Below are positions 10,001 through 18,300 of a DNA stretch of 44,254 nt, piece by piece. Source of the stretch: Pirellulales bacterium (lineage in GTDB: Bacteria; Planctomycetota; Planctomycetia; Pirellulales; UBA1268). The translations under genes and the position numbers were made by a program. The notes beneath the pieces were generated by a model. That model was not told the DNA's origin. It worked only from the letters and a program-made list of their open reading frames with translations, and did not search any database. Positions within the stretch are counted from its first letter, which is position 1, and each line of letters opens with the position of its first letter. The DNA lies in contig JBBAVU010000004.1 in NCBI GenBank assembly GCA_040397565.1, positions 1 to 44,254 on the forward strand, read 5' to 3'.

Positions 10001-11619
10001 ACGTGCCACGGCCGCGGGCCCGAGCGATCGAGCACGCCCGGGGAATCCCAACGGTCCGTCGGTGCGGGGCCGATCGCACTCTCCCCGCGGTCGAGCCGTG
10101 CGTAGAACGCCTCTCGCGTCAGCGATCCGGGCAGCACGCATCCGGCACCAACGATGGCGATCGCGTCGTGATCGGCCTCCCGACCGGGCCGCGTCATGGC
10201 CGGTCGGGGCTTCGTCGACGGCATGTGTTCCGCGAGTGCCAGGTGCACGTTCAGACCGCCGATGCCGAACGCGTTGACCGCCGCGAGTCGGGGCGTGCCG
10301 TCTGCGTGGGCGGGCCAGGGCATCGCGGTTCGCGGAACGACGAACGGACCTCGCTCCCAGTCGAAGGAGCGGCTGAGTTCTCCTCCGGTGAATCCTGGGG
10401 GAATCATCCCGTGCTCGAATGCCAGCACAACCTTGACGAGGCTCGCGAGGCCGGCGGTCTCGAGGGTGTGGCCGATGTTGGACTTCACGGAGCCGATCGG
10501 CAGCTTCCGGCCCGGCGGCACGTGGTCCGACATCACCCTCGCGAGTGCCGCAAGCTCTGTGGCGTCGCCCACCTGCGTGCCGGTGGCGTGCGTCTCGATG
10601 TACTCGAGCCTGGCGAGATCCGCGGGGTCGGGGTAGGCCCGCTGCACGGCGGCGATCTGACCCTCCTGCCGAGGCGCCCAGAGGCTCTTTCCCTTGCCGT
10701 CGCTCGCGACGCCGAGACCACGGATGACGCCGCGAATGCGGTCGCCGTCGGCCACCGCCCGCGCGAGCGTCTTGAGGACGATCGCCACGTACCCCTCCGC
10801 GGTAACGAGCCCGTCGGCGGCCTCACCGAACGGGAACGAGCCGGTCGCACTGACCGACTGGGCGGCCGAAAAGAGCACCAGGCTGTCGGACTTGCAGTAG
10901 GAGGCGCCGCCCACGATGGCCTGGTCGATGGTGCCCTGCAGCAGGGATCGCCCGGCGATGGCCAGCGCCTGGAGCGACGAAGCGCACGCCGCGTCGACGA
11001 CCAGGTAGGGCCCGCGGAGCGCCAGGGCCTCCCGCACGATGGCCGCCGCGCCGAGGGCGTCGAGGTGGAGCCGTTCGCCCGGCATGCGGGGGGGATATCT
11101 TCGCCGGACGCCATCGATGACCTCCGCCGCCACCGCGCGGACATCGTCACCGAGCACGTCCCTTGCCGCCTCGACGTCGGCAAGGATCCTCGTCGCCTCC
11201 TCGATCCCGCTTGCGTACACGATGTCGCCGATCTTCGTGCTGCCCCCGGTGTGCCCCACGTAGACGCCGGTGGACCGGCCGGAGGGCATGGCGAAAGGAT
11301 CGAGGCCGGCATCGAGACACGCCTGCGACGCCACCTCGAGGAATAGGTGATGCGCCACGTCGTAGCGGCGGAGCAGGTCGTCCGTGATCGGACAGCGACG
11401 CGGATCGACCGCACGATCCGGGACGAGACCGCCGATGTCCGAGTACGTCCGGCCGATCTTTCCCTTTTCGGGATCGAAATACAGATCACGCTGCAGCCTG
11501 GAGTCGGGCAACGGTCCCCACGCCGTTCGGCCCTCCACCACGAGCCGCCAGAACTCCTCGAGCCCGTCGGCTCCGGGCAACCGGCAGGACATGCCCACGA
11601 TCGCAAGCGACTCGGTCAA
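4096..11619 (-). CDS. Type I polyketide/PUFA-synthase-like megasynthase: KS - KS2 (CLF position) - AT - ACP - unassigned insert - KR - DH
   Basis: 2507 aa; domain coordinates are my own counts. KS1: aa 3-462 (10234-11613), with DAAC212ASS, ETH344ATGT, NIGH384. KS2: aa 486-925 (8845-10164), with DAGDC692SS, GGH824, LIGH856. AT: aa 963-1285 (7765-8733), with GQGSQ, SHS1060FGE, PFH. ACP: aa 1345-1425 (7345-7587), with LGIDS1385I. Unassigned region: aa 1445-1720 (6460-7287). KR: aa 1725-2200 (5020-6447), with WLVTGGARGV and Y2125. PS-type DH: aa 2235-2507 (4099-4917), with H2257LLHGRPLLP. No TE domain. The start is TTG at 11617-11619, with AGGA 9 nt upstream; the first ATG (M10) would cut the conserved IAIVGMSCRLPG strand. 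Confidence 0.9.
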   Translation of the reverse strand: MTESLAIVGMSCRLPGADGLEEFWRLVVEGRTAWGPLPDSRLQRDLYFDPEKGKIGRTYSDIGGLVPDRAVDPRRCPITDDLLRRYDVAHHLFLEVASQACLDAGLDPFAMPSGRSTGVYVGHTGGSTKIGDIVYASGIEEATRILADVEAARDVLGDDVRAVAAEVIDGVRRRYPPRMPGERLHLDALGAAAIVREALALRGPYLVVDAACASSLQALAIAGRSLLQGTIDQAIVGGASYCKSDSLVLFSAAQSVSATGSFPFGEAADGLVTAEGYVAIVLKTLARAVADGDRIRGVIRGLGVASDGKGKSLWAPRQEGQIAAVQRAYPDPADLARLEYIETHATGTQVGDATELAALARVMSDHVPPGRKLPIGSVKSNIGHTLETAGLASLVKVVLAFEHGMIPPGFTGGELSRSFDWERGPFVVPRTAMPWPAHADGTPRLAAVNAFGIGGLNVHLALAEHMPSTKPRPAMTRPGREADHDAIAIVGAGCVLPGSLTREAFYARLDRGESAIGPAPTDRWDSPGVLDRSGPRPWHVVADVGGFVRGFSYDWRRHRVPPKQIAAANPLQFMLLEAADEAVADAGGLRAFDRRRAAVVVGTRFGGDFSNQLQMGLRLPETVRLLAAALHRRGVCLADREQIVAAFETALIERMPAVVDETGSFTSSTLASRLTKTFDLMGGAVAIDAGDCSSVTAVSAAVDMLRRGDCDTVLCAAGERCLDFMSYEGRSLAGHLAPRPICVLDGLSSGGDVPAEGAVVFVLKRLADARAAGDRVRGVIRGVGLGGDRAAAAAVKLAIENAHRDAGIGSEVVGAVAVAAAGGHDRCDAQLAAIGDAYGKTASPPVAGAINGLIGHVGAAAGAAGMLMLTRAVDEGLLPGSAALSTRRREVHGLEAATERLPIAAVGETRYRAGGVTVAYGALAGHVVVDNGAVVPRSCGPASPGATVGTAVGPAAVPASGRRLVAAVFPGQGSQYADMFRDLAGLPEGAAAIADVDAAARSAGQPTLSDIAWHDHSGFGPTGLGLRVWDTQWSVLLADLVAWRTLERLGFEPDVVASHSFGEYAALVATGGWSLVSAARATRARADAVERHGPRDGAMLSVIADRGTVDQALGQFRDRVWLCAENAPEQFVVGGLSRDVDAFESLLEAERVKSKRLAVPSPFHTPLLAVAADRLAGVIDTLPIEPPRLPTFGSTSAEVLGGAASIRDSLVAQMTRTVRWIDTVLRLYERGVRTFVEVGPSGVLTGLTRRVLEGKEGVRFVQFDQRGRCSRETLGRLVAQLEAAGALRPPSPPPAASGVDRTRPASRVHVFDATARRRDRNRAAAALGNGHGNGRAGGNEHHPAATAATAEIATFLVDFVVEQTGYPREIVELDADLEADLGIDSIRKAQMVGEIGLKYGLAADDDVSLDAFPTLRHLLDYLLPRVGRDRDGRGPDRDTKPSPGAAATAVLDPVTRISATADAAWERLVVAPITGPASAGTRGLVVCFGRHATPVARRFNGGLSGAVVGLPAMEGAVAGWNDAGIAVLAASRGRQGGVVGSAMTRLVERIATRCRTVAMAGDELQAAGEAAQGLVVADLAAGGRIHCVDPAGRLVPLGSTFEDSQPPSPLASLLLDDGMRAPEMALGDLLARSPEAARRMASLSTTCVWFTVGIGEEGPVARSGGPLTADWLGDVVPLLISGDGPIGADVAIRHCAPEEPVAAVTRRYRLEVVDRAAARGTRSLAGERVLVLGDDELAASLAAALATAGARPVTASSETAHAAVAAIDDAERSGPVRHLVLMPVRPTAADHEPWTMRRERVLAAAYFACQRWIGVRLAADGLAGATLTAVVDLGGDFGLSGHVPAADGGGLTGLGKALAREFPDLHVRVVDAGKGLPSNTAAAAIIAEMLDGAGPVETGLLADADASGGVRRVTVVPREAPLRCGERPLAALDRGSVWLVTGGARGVTAACAVAVGRRHGLSLVLVGSTRPVAIDPAWIDLDEAGRRLLMADVMRRARERGDDPRDAWRSIEKSIEIEATLARCVQAGVNARYLACDLVDAGEVRRLVERVVAEVGPIRGIIHGAGQEAACRFERKSRAGYEATLGPKCLGLEHLMAVVDPRSLECLVGFGSTSGRLGGLGQADYSLANDLLAKSIAAWRARRPGLMAATFHWHAWGEVGMASRPESKLALEKLGLQFMPLAEGVRRFVDDIEAGLPDAEVLVTEPAMCPDALPPKATTAATVADAGSLVDRVDHRGDAVDVLFRLDPVSDRFLLEHLLHGRPLLPAVMGLEIVAQAARAGGGGERVEEIRDFVVERPLEFPDKEPRIVRAEVSRGDGGIRVQGYARPLTGLDRTVEWVHFRAEVPGGACERIVAEVGEPAFPFNPMIYPDDAPLVHGASFRGLKDLSLDRSGGWGRLVAPHGEGVALPRGTRGWTVPVEVLDGCLVACAVYSYLLCGRRVELPVRIERVRIAARPVAGEMCRMRLLLQAQSASESLYDFVVVGADGQAILAVEGLHLAIVSAEETP

Positions 11620-11829
11620 GATCTTGCGTCCTGGTTGGTGGTGGAAGGCGTGCGGTCCGCCGTCAGCATCCGTGGCGAACGCAGTGAGGGAGTGAACCCG
11701 TCGACGACCGAGCGGAGTATGACTTCACCCGCATGGTAGTCAAGGTTTTCGCCCCGTCGCGCGACCCGCTTGTGCCGTCGTTTGCCACCGGTTCGCCCCC
11801 GCTAGGGCGGGAGGGTATGGTGGTCTCGC
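11620..11829. promoter_or_regulatory. Divergent intergenic region between the PKS operon and the condensation-like acyltransferase gene (promoters and RBSs expected)
   Basis: This is the only sizeable non-coding gap (210 nt) flanking the PKS operon, and the genes leave it in opposite directions. AGGA lies upstream of the PKS TTG and GGGAGGG at 11809-11815 lies upstream of the ATG at 11830. I could not recognise -35/-10 hexamers. Confidence 0.35.
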
Positions 11830-13149
11830 ATGCCCTCATCCGCGGCCACCTGCGATCGTGTCCAGTCCGTCACGAGCAGGTCGCTCGATCCGCTCGAGCA
11901 CCTCATGCTCACGGATGCCCGGCCGGGGCATCCACTCTGCTTCTTCATCGAGTGCGACGTCGAGGGTGTTCTCGACGAGGATCGCCTTCGCACGGCGCTC
12001 GCCGCAGCGGCTCAGCGGCATCCACTCTTCCGCAGCAGGGCGAGGTTGGGCGGCTGGCGACCACACTGGCTCGAGCCGGATGTCGCCCCTGCCCTGCTCT
12101 GGCATCCCACCGCGAGTGATCGGCCGTGGCGATCCCCCGATCTTGCGATGGAAAGCGGGGCGAGGTTGGTGGTGCTCTCGGGCGATGCCCCGGACCGCCA
12201 CCGGGTCATCCTCCAGGTGCAGCATGCGGTCTGCGACGGGCTCGCCGCCATCGAGTTTCTGGGGGATGTCTGGGCGGGCTATGCCGGCCTCACTCCGCCG
12301 CCGTTTTCAACGCGACGACGCTCCGACGACGCGGTCGCCTCCACCCCGATGACGACTTCGGCCGACATGCGCAGGGACGCGGTCGCGTTCTCCCGCTTTC
12401 GACCGCGGCCGCTCGCCCCGCTTCACGGCACGCACGAGGGCTCAGGCGTCTTCCGGCCGCTTCACCCGCCGTACCTCACGCGTGTGTTCGATCGCGACAC
12501 GACCGTTCGCCTGAGGCGTGGCGCGACCGCGCGTGGCATCACGCTCAACGACGTCGTCGTGACGGCGACGATGCGGGCCGCGATCGCATGGAACGAACGT
12601 ACTGTCGGCGAGGCGGGCAACGTGCGGATCAACGTGCCGGTGAGCCTCAGGCCGCCGGGAACACGGCAGCCGGCCCGCAACGTGCTGGGCTACGCATTTC
12701 TCGACCGCATGCCCGAGGAGTGTCGCGACCGTGACCAACTCGCATCGTCGATCGCGGCTGCCACCCGCTGGATCCTCGCCACGAACGCGGCGGCGGAGTT
12801 TCTCGTGGGCCTGCGTGCGGTCAGCCGGGTGCCGGGCCTGCTGCGACTGCTGACGCGGCTGCCCGTCTGCCACGCAACCGGAATCGTCAGCTGTGCCGGC
12901 GACCCGAGCCGGCGGATGCGGTCGGGCGTCGGAAAGATCGACGGACTCGACGCGCCGGGCGGCGTCGTGATCCGCGGCATGTCGGGCGTGCCGCCGCTGC
13001 GACCTCGCACCCGTGTGGCGATCGGGGCAACCACCTACGGTGGATCTCTGGCCCTCTGCTGCACGTGCTCGGCCGGAGCGGATCACCACGACGCATCGGC
13101 CCGCTTCCTCGACCTCATCCAGCCGGAAATCGAAGCCTTCGCCGACTGA
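11830..13149 (+). CDS. Stand-alone condensation-domain / WS-DGAT-like acyltransferase
   Basis: 439 aa. The N-terminus SLDPLEHLML..RPGHPLCFF resembles the C-domain / wax-synthase N-terminal motif. The catalytic motif Q-H-AVC-D-G sits at aa 131-137 (12220-12240), the usual HHxxxDG position, with only the second (catalytic) His kept. Confidence 0.65.
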   Translation: MPSSAATCDRVQSVTSRSLDPLEHLMLTDARPGHPLCFFIECDVEGVLDEDRLRTALAAAAQRHPLFRSRARLGGWRPHWLEPDVAPALLWHPTASDRPWRSPDLAMESGARLVVLSGDAPDRHRVILQVQHAVCDGLAAIEFLGDVWAGYAGLTPPPFSTRRRSDDAVASTPMTTSADMRRDAVAFSRFRPRPLAPLHGTHEGSGVFRPLHPPYLTRVFDRDTTVRLRRGATARGITLNDVVVTATMRAAIAWNERTVGEAGNVRINVPVSLRPPGTRQPARNVLGYAFLDRMPEECRDRDQLASSIAAATRWILATNAAAEFLVGLRAVSRVPGLLRLLTRLPVCHATGIVSCAGDPSRRMRSGVGKIDGLDAPGGVVIRGMSGVPPLRPRTRVAIGATTYGGSLALCCTCSAGADHHDASARFLDLIQPEIEAFAD

Positions 13150-13157
13150 CGACGACT

Positions 13158-14438
13158 CTAGGGCAGCTTCACGAAGCCGTCGAACCACGGCTTCACCGCG
13201 AGCGTCGCCGAGACGTACGACGCACGGTGGTCGGCCCGTTCGCCCGCCGAGAGGAACTCCACCTGCGGGCTGCCGAGCATCTTTCCGAAGTCGAACACCA
13301 TCCGCGAGACAGCCGGCGGAATCGCCTCATCGGCATCGCCGCCGTAGGCCCGCAGGGGCGTCTTGATCTTCCAGCGATAAGCCCCCGCTTCCTCGAGCAG
13401 ATCCCAGAACCGCCCACGGCCGCTCTCCGCCCCCTCGATGAACGAGGGCTTCAAGAGCCCGGTCACACCGCCAGGCACCGAGGCATCGTACTCCGGCCAC
13501 GGAAGCTCCCCGTCGAAAAACCTCCGCGAGGCGGCGAGGTGTTCCGGCTTGATTGCCGAGGCCGCGAGGCCGGGGAGCCGGGCGTATTCCTCCTGCGACC
13601 AGAGCATGTTGCTGATGCAGCCCTTGATCCAGGCGGCATCCTGCGGACGCGGGTTCGCAATCGGCCGACGGAAGGCCGCCGCGAGATCGACCGGCGCACT
13701 CACGGTCGCGGCAGCGGTGACCGGAACGCCGAGCGTCTCCAGCCGACGGAGGAACTGCATCGTCGACCAGCCCCCCTGCGACCAGCCCCAGACGAACAAC
13801 TTCGGCGTCGTCTGCCCGAGCGAGTCGAGCACCGCCTTCGACGAGCGGTAGTGGTCGAGCATCGACTGCGTCGTGCCCCGCGCCACGATGAAGCAGTTGG
13901 GCAGCCGCGACGCCCCCAGGCCGAAATAGTCGGCGCCGATCACGACGTAGCCCTGGCCTGCGAACGCGGCGAGGGCCAGTTGCGTCTCGTACGAGTTGTC
14001 GGGGCGGGAAGGCACCTGGTCGCGGCCGAAGACCGTGCCGTGCTGGTAGCTGAGGAGCGGATGCGTCTTCGAGCCGTCCTCCGGGACCGCCAGCAGGCCG
14101 CTGCCGAGGGTCGGCTGGTTGTCCCATTCGGGAACCACGGAATCGAACTGGACCTCGTAGAGCGTCACGCCGTTCCGCGGTGCGGGGAACTTCGACTTGA
14201 AGTCGGCCGACTTCATCGTCGAGCCCTGCGACGGGTCGAAGCCCCCCATGAACGTGTCGAGGCCCCGGTCGAGGATCTCGCCCAGCCGGGCCTTGTCGTA
14301 GCTGCCGATCTTCCGGTACCGCACGCCCGACGCCACCGGCGTGAACTCCTGGTCCGCCGAAAAGGCGGTGCCAGCCGCGGTGAGAACGCATGCGACGAGC
14401 GAGCAGATGGCGAAACACCACGAGCGAGCGATGGTCAT
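13158..14438 (-). CDS. Secreted alpha/beta-hydrolase, lipase-like
   Basis: The start at MTIARSWCFAICSLVACVLTAAGTAFSA gives a signal-peptide-like N-terminus, with AGGGGG upstream. Nucleophile elbow GWSQGG (GxSxG). Size and layout resemble the secretory lipase family. The 24 aa upstream in the track ORF are unlikely to be coding. Confidence 0.6.
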   Translation of the reverse strand: MTIARSWCFAICSLVACVLTAAGTAFSADQEFTPVASGVRYRKIGSYDKARLGEILDRGLDTFMGGFDPSQGSTMKSADFKSKFPAPRNGVTLYEVQFDSVVPEWDNQPTLGSGLLAVPEDGSKTHPLLSYQHGTVFGRDQVPSRPDNSYETQLALAAFAGQGYVVIGADYFGLGASRLPNCFIVARGTTQSMLDHYRSSKAVLDSLGQTTPKLFVWGWSQGGWSTMQFLRRLETLGVPVTAAATVSAPVDLAAAFRRPIANPRPQDAAWIKGCISNMLWSQEEYARLPGLAASAIKPEHLAASRRFFDGELPWPEYDASVPGGVTGLLKPSFIEGAESGRGRFWDLLEEAGAYRWKIKTPLRAYGGDADEAIPPAVSRMVFDFGKMLGSPQVEFLSAGERADHRASYVSATLAVKPWFDGFVKLP

Positions 14439-14547
14439 GGAACCCCCTGGATTGAACTGCAGATCCTCATATGGGGGCGGAGTGTATGCGGGTGTGCGCG
14501 GCGCACGCAAGCATGCATCGCCTCGCCCCGGACGAGCCCGGAGCCGT

Positions 14548-15309
14548 TCACTTCCCGAGCGCCGCCTCGGCGTGGCGGAGGATCTCGGTGGGTGTCCGAA
14601 CGACGCCGCTGAACGGCCGCTCCATCTCCAGGATGAGAAAGATGGCGCTGCTCACCGACAGCGAGCAGAGGAAGAGTGCCAGGAACACCGTCACATTCCG
14701 CTGGGCGAACAGTCCGTAGCTGAAGAACGTGACCACCAACCACAGGCCGAGGGTGAGCAGGAAAAGCAGCGGCATCTGGGCGTGCTGCTCGGCCGCCAGG
14801 GCCCACCGTGCCCGGAGCGCCGCCTCGCCGAGCTTCACGAGCTGTTCCTTGATGCCCTTCTGCCTGAGATCACGTGGCTCGAGCGCATGGATACGGTCCG
14901 CCGTGTCCTCGATCCAGGCTGCGGACTCGAGCGGATCGTAGTTCTTCGACGCACCCTCTCCCAGGCTCGTGAGCCAGGCGAGCCTGCGCCGCATCATGGT
15001 CACGACTTCGGCCCGGATGTCCGTCGCCTCCTCGCCATACCGCCGCAGCAGGCGGTCGATCGTGATGAGGTCGATCGCGGCGTCGTGCACGTTCCTGCAG
15101 GTGAGCTCGTAGGTGCTCTTGGCCGACGCCGTGGCTAGGCCCAGGATGAGCGCGGTCATCGCAGTGATGGTGCCGATGGCGAGCCGCACGGTGTCCTTCG
15201 TCTCGCTCCCGACGTGATCCGCCGGCAGCTGCCGCTGGACGAAGAGCCCGATGGCGGCCGCGGCGCATGTGGAAAGCATGACCAGGCCGGCGATAACGAT
15301 GGGGTTCAT
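14548..15309 (-). CDS. DUF4239-family membrane protein
   Basis: 253 aa. It has an N-terminal TM helix, a central soluble helical region and two C-terminal TM helices (PLLFLLTLGLWLVVTFF, VFLALFLCSLSVSSAIFLILEM). This matches my recollection of DUF4239. GGAG lies 8-11 nt upstream of the ATG. Confidence 0.55.
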   Translation of the reverse strand: MNPIVIAGLVMLSTCAAAAIGLFVQRQLPADHVGSETKDTVRLAIGTITAMTALILGLATASAKSTYELTCRNVHDAAIDLITIDRLLRRYGEEATDIRAEVVTMMRRRLAWLTSLGEGASKNYDPLESAAWIEDTADRIHALEPRDLRQKGIKEQLVKLGEAALRARWALAAEQHAQMPLLFLLTLGLWLVVTFFSYGLFAQRNVTVFLALFLCSLSVSSAIFLILEMERPFSGVVRTPTEILRHAEAALGK

Positions 15310-15386
15310 GCGACTCTCCGAACGGACGCCGCCAGTCTATCCTCCCGCTGTCCTGACAGCCCCGGGGCCGCGGGCGGCCGCGGCGT

Positions 15387-18300
15387 CTATTTCGGCGAAA
15401 CGACCCGCACGGTCCGGGCCACACGGAAGCCCATGTAGTCGGTGGTGTCGGTCATCACTGCATAGTTGATTCGTGTGGCGGAGCGGGTCTCCCAGCGGGA
15501 GTGCATGAACGATCCGCCCCGCTGGGCCCGGAACACGTTCCGGAACGCATCCCCCGCATAGAGTTCCGCCTCATCCTCGACGTCGTCGAGTTGCGTCGCC
15601 GCGCGCAGCCGCTCCTGCGGATCCGGCAGGTAGATGTTCTGGCTCCATTCGAGCACGTTACCGAGCGTGTCGAAGAGGCCATAATCATTCGGTTTCAGTC
15701 GGGCCACCGGATGCGTCATGCCGTCGGAGTTGCCCGCCGACCATGCATACCGCGACAGCAGTTCTTCCGATTCGCCGTAGGGCCGATCGGTCGTCGATCC
15801 GGCACGCGTCGCGAACTCCATCTCCGCCTCGGTGGGCATGCGATAGCCCGAGAGGTCGAGCAGGTTTCGCTTCGGGCGGACGTCGATCCGGCCGTCGGCA
15901 GACACGTCCTCGTAGCACCACTGCGTCGGAGGAATGCCTTCCTGCTCGCTCAGGAAATTGCAGTAGGCGGCTGCCGCGTACCAGTCGATCCGTACCGCCG
16001 GAAGATCGGGGTCGCGGCCCAGGCTCGAAGGGAGGGCGTAGTCCGGTTTGAATTCCCGAAACTGGTCGATGGTGACCGGCGTGTCGGCGATCGCGTAGGT
16101 TCGTCCGATCCGCTTCGGATGCACCGGATCGTTGAAGGTCGCGGCATCGTCGTCTTTGGGCGAGCCCATGGAAAACTCGACCGGCCCGGGGATCACCACC
16201 ATCGTCTGTCCGACCGCGTTGAACTGCCACGAGGGTTTCGTCGCGTCGGAAGGGCCCGCGGTCGCCGGCGGCACGGCGGCACGGCGGGAAGCTTCCGCCC
16301 GCAACGCCGCGTCGGTCTCCCGCAGCCACGCGTCGTCGTTCCACATCCGCAGCAGCCACTTGCTCGCGCCGTGGATGCCCGGGTCCGGATCGTGCCGATA
16401 CAGGTCCCGCGCCCTCGAAACCATCCTCTGCCGCACGTCGCTCGGGACGTTCTCCTCTGCATAGGAGCCGAGGATGAGCAGGATCGCCCGGCGGACCGAA
16501 ACATCCCGCTCCTCGTCGAACCGGTCCGCCACTTCGACGCTCCCCGCCCCGGAGGTGGCGAGTCGATCGATCACGTAGCTGCGAATCCGCGGATCGGGGG
16601 CCTGCCGCAGCAGCCCCCACACCCGCTCCGGCCGGGAGAGCTTCACGAGGCCCACGGCCGCGTTCGCCTTCCGCTTCGCGGCCCGCTCCAGAACCGACTC
16701 GTCGGTCGATTCCGGCATCGCCCGGTCGATTTCGGCGAGGAGGACGGGAATCACCTCTCCGGCACGGGGCTCGACCTTCGTGAACGGGATCGTGTAGCCG
16801 TTGACGAAGTCGTCGAGCAGCAGCTCGGCCAGTTCCTTGGGCCGGTCCGAGAGATAGTCGCCGAGCACGCTCGCCGCCCGGACCCTCAGCGAGGAGGAAG
16901 GGCTCTCGAGGAAGATGTCGGTGAGAGGCGGTATGAGCCGTCCTTTCACGGGCCGCAGGCTCTCGCTCCACGTCCCGAGAACCAGCGGCTCCTCGTTCAC
17001 CATGAGGGCCGCCACCGACCGCGCAACGTCGCCCCACCGCGGGCTGTCCGGCTCGTAGGACGCCAGGGCACACGCCGCCCGGATACGGCTTCCGGCCGTC
17101 TGGGGACTGGTTTCCCCGAGGCGGGCCCAGAGCCGCTGCGCCACGACCTGATTGTAGGGCTCGAGCGACGCCACGATCACGCCGACGTCCTGCGGCCGCG
17201 CCTCGAGCAGGTGCTCGAGCACCGGCTCGACCTGCGAACCGTCGGCCGGAAGCAGGGCGAGGTGGATGGCGAGATCCCGCACCGGATCGTCACGCGTTGC
17301 CTGCTGCCGTGAGGCGGCTTCGAGGAGCGGCTGGACACGCGATCGATAGGGCTCGATTTGACGGACGATGGCCGGCACGTCCCTGATCCTCGCCACGAGC
17401 AGCCGCTCGCGCAGGACCGTCGCCCGGAGGTTGCCGAAGAACTCGCGGGCGATCCCGGCGGCGAGGAGCACGGTCACGATCCCGATGGCGGATCGGGACA
17501 GGTAATACCTTTCCGCCTCGCGCATCATCGCCTGCTGCGGCTGCGTCCAATCCCGTCGCCGCGTCCACCAGCGAATCTGCAGGCACTGCCACAACGAGGG
17601 CAACTGCCGGCGCTCGCGGCGGGCATTCCAGACGGTCGCCCGGTCGGCGAGGAGCAGCTCGGCCCGCCCGCGTCGGGTTTCCTTCTGTCCGCGGGTGAGC
17701 CACTCGCGGAGCGAGGGCACGAGGTAATCGTGGGCCAACTGGTAGGACACGCCGTCATGCCCGCCGTCGCCCGAGGCCGCCATGTCGTCCTGCTCGGAGA
17801 TCGCGACGATGAGCCTCAGCTCCGAGTTGAGCAGGTCGATCAGGCCGGAGAAATCAGCGGGGTGTCTCCCGTAGCCCGAGGCCTCCAGGAGTTCGTCCCA
17901 CGTGCGTCGCCGCCGGATCGTCGTGCCCTCCTCGGGAAGGAGGCACTTCAGCACCGCGCGGGCGGCCTTCTGATGGTGACGATGCCTCGCGGAGACGCTC
18001 GCCGCCCCGAAGGTCTCCTCGAGGAACGCCACCCCGACCCCCGCCGCACCGCCGAGCTTCCGGAGCACGGCCGGCTGCCACGGCTTTGCTTTCATGATCT
18101 CGGCGAAGAGCGCAAGCCGCACCGGAACGACCTTGCCATCGACGGCCAGGTCGTCGATCGCCTCGCGGAGAAACTGTGCCTGCTCGCGGCTCACGGAGCC
18201 GGGGTCGTCGGGCAGCCTGCCGTAGGCCCGCCCGAACGACGCGAGAACCTTCGCGGCATGGTCCACGTCGAAGAGGTCGATCATCGCGGAATTCGCCCGC

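Noticed and set aside
4129-11346. Several long plus-strand ORFs antisense to the PKS (for example 4129-6402, 6380-7360, 9148-11346)
   Set aside because: They lie opposite a 2507-aa ORF that has every PKS active-site motif in register. They are Arg/Pro-rich with no domain signatures. The same reasoning applies to 13065-14612, 15501-17312, 17358-18650, 18969-20531, 21256-22578, 23273-25198, 31336-32451, 32812-34068 and 34503-35975.
15367-15384. Hairpin GCCGCG-N6-CGCGGC immediately after the giant sensor gene stop, considered as a terminator
   Set aside because: It has no U-run. It is followed after ~55 nt by the DUF4239 start on the same strand, so read-through is equally plausible.
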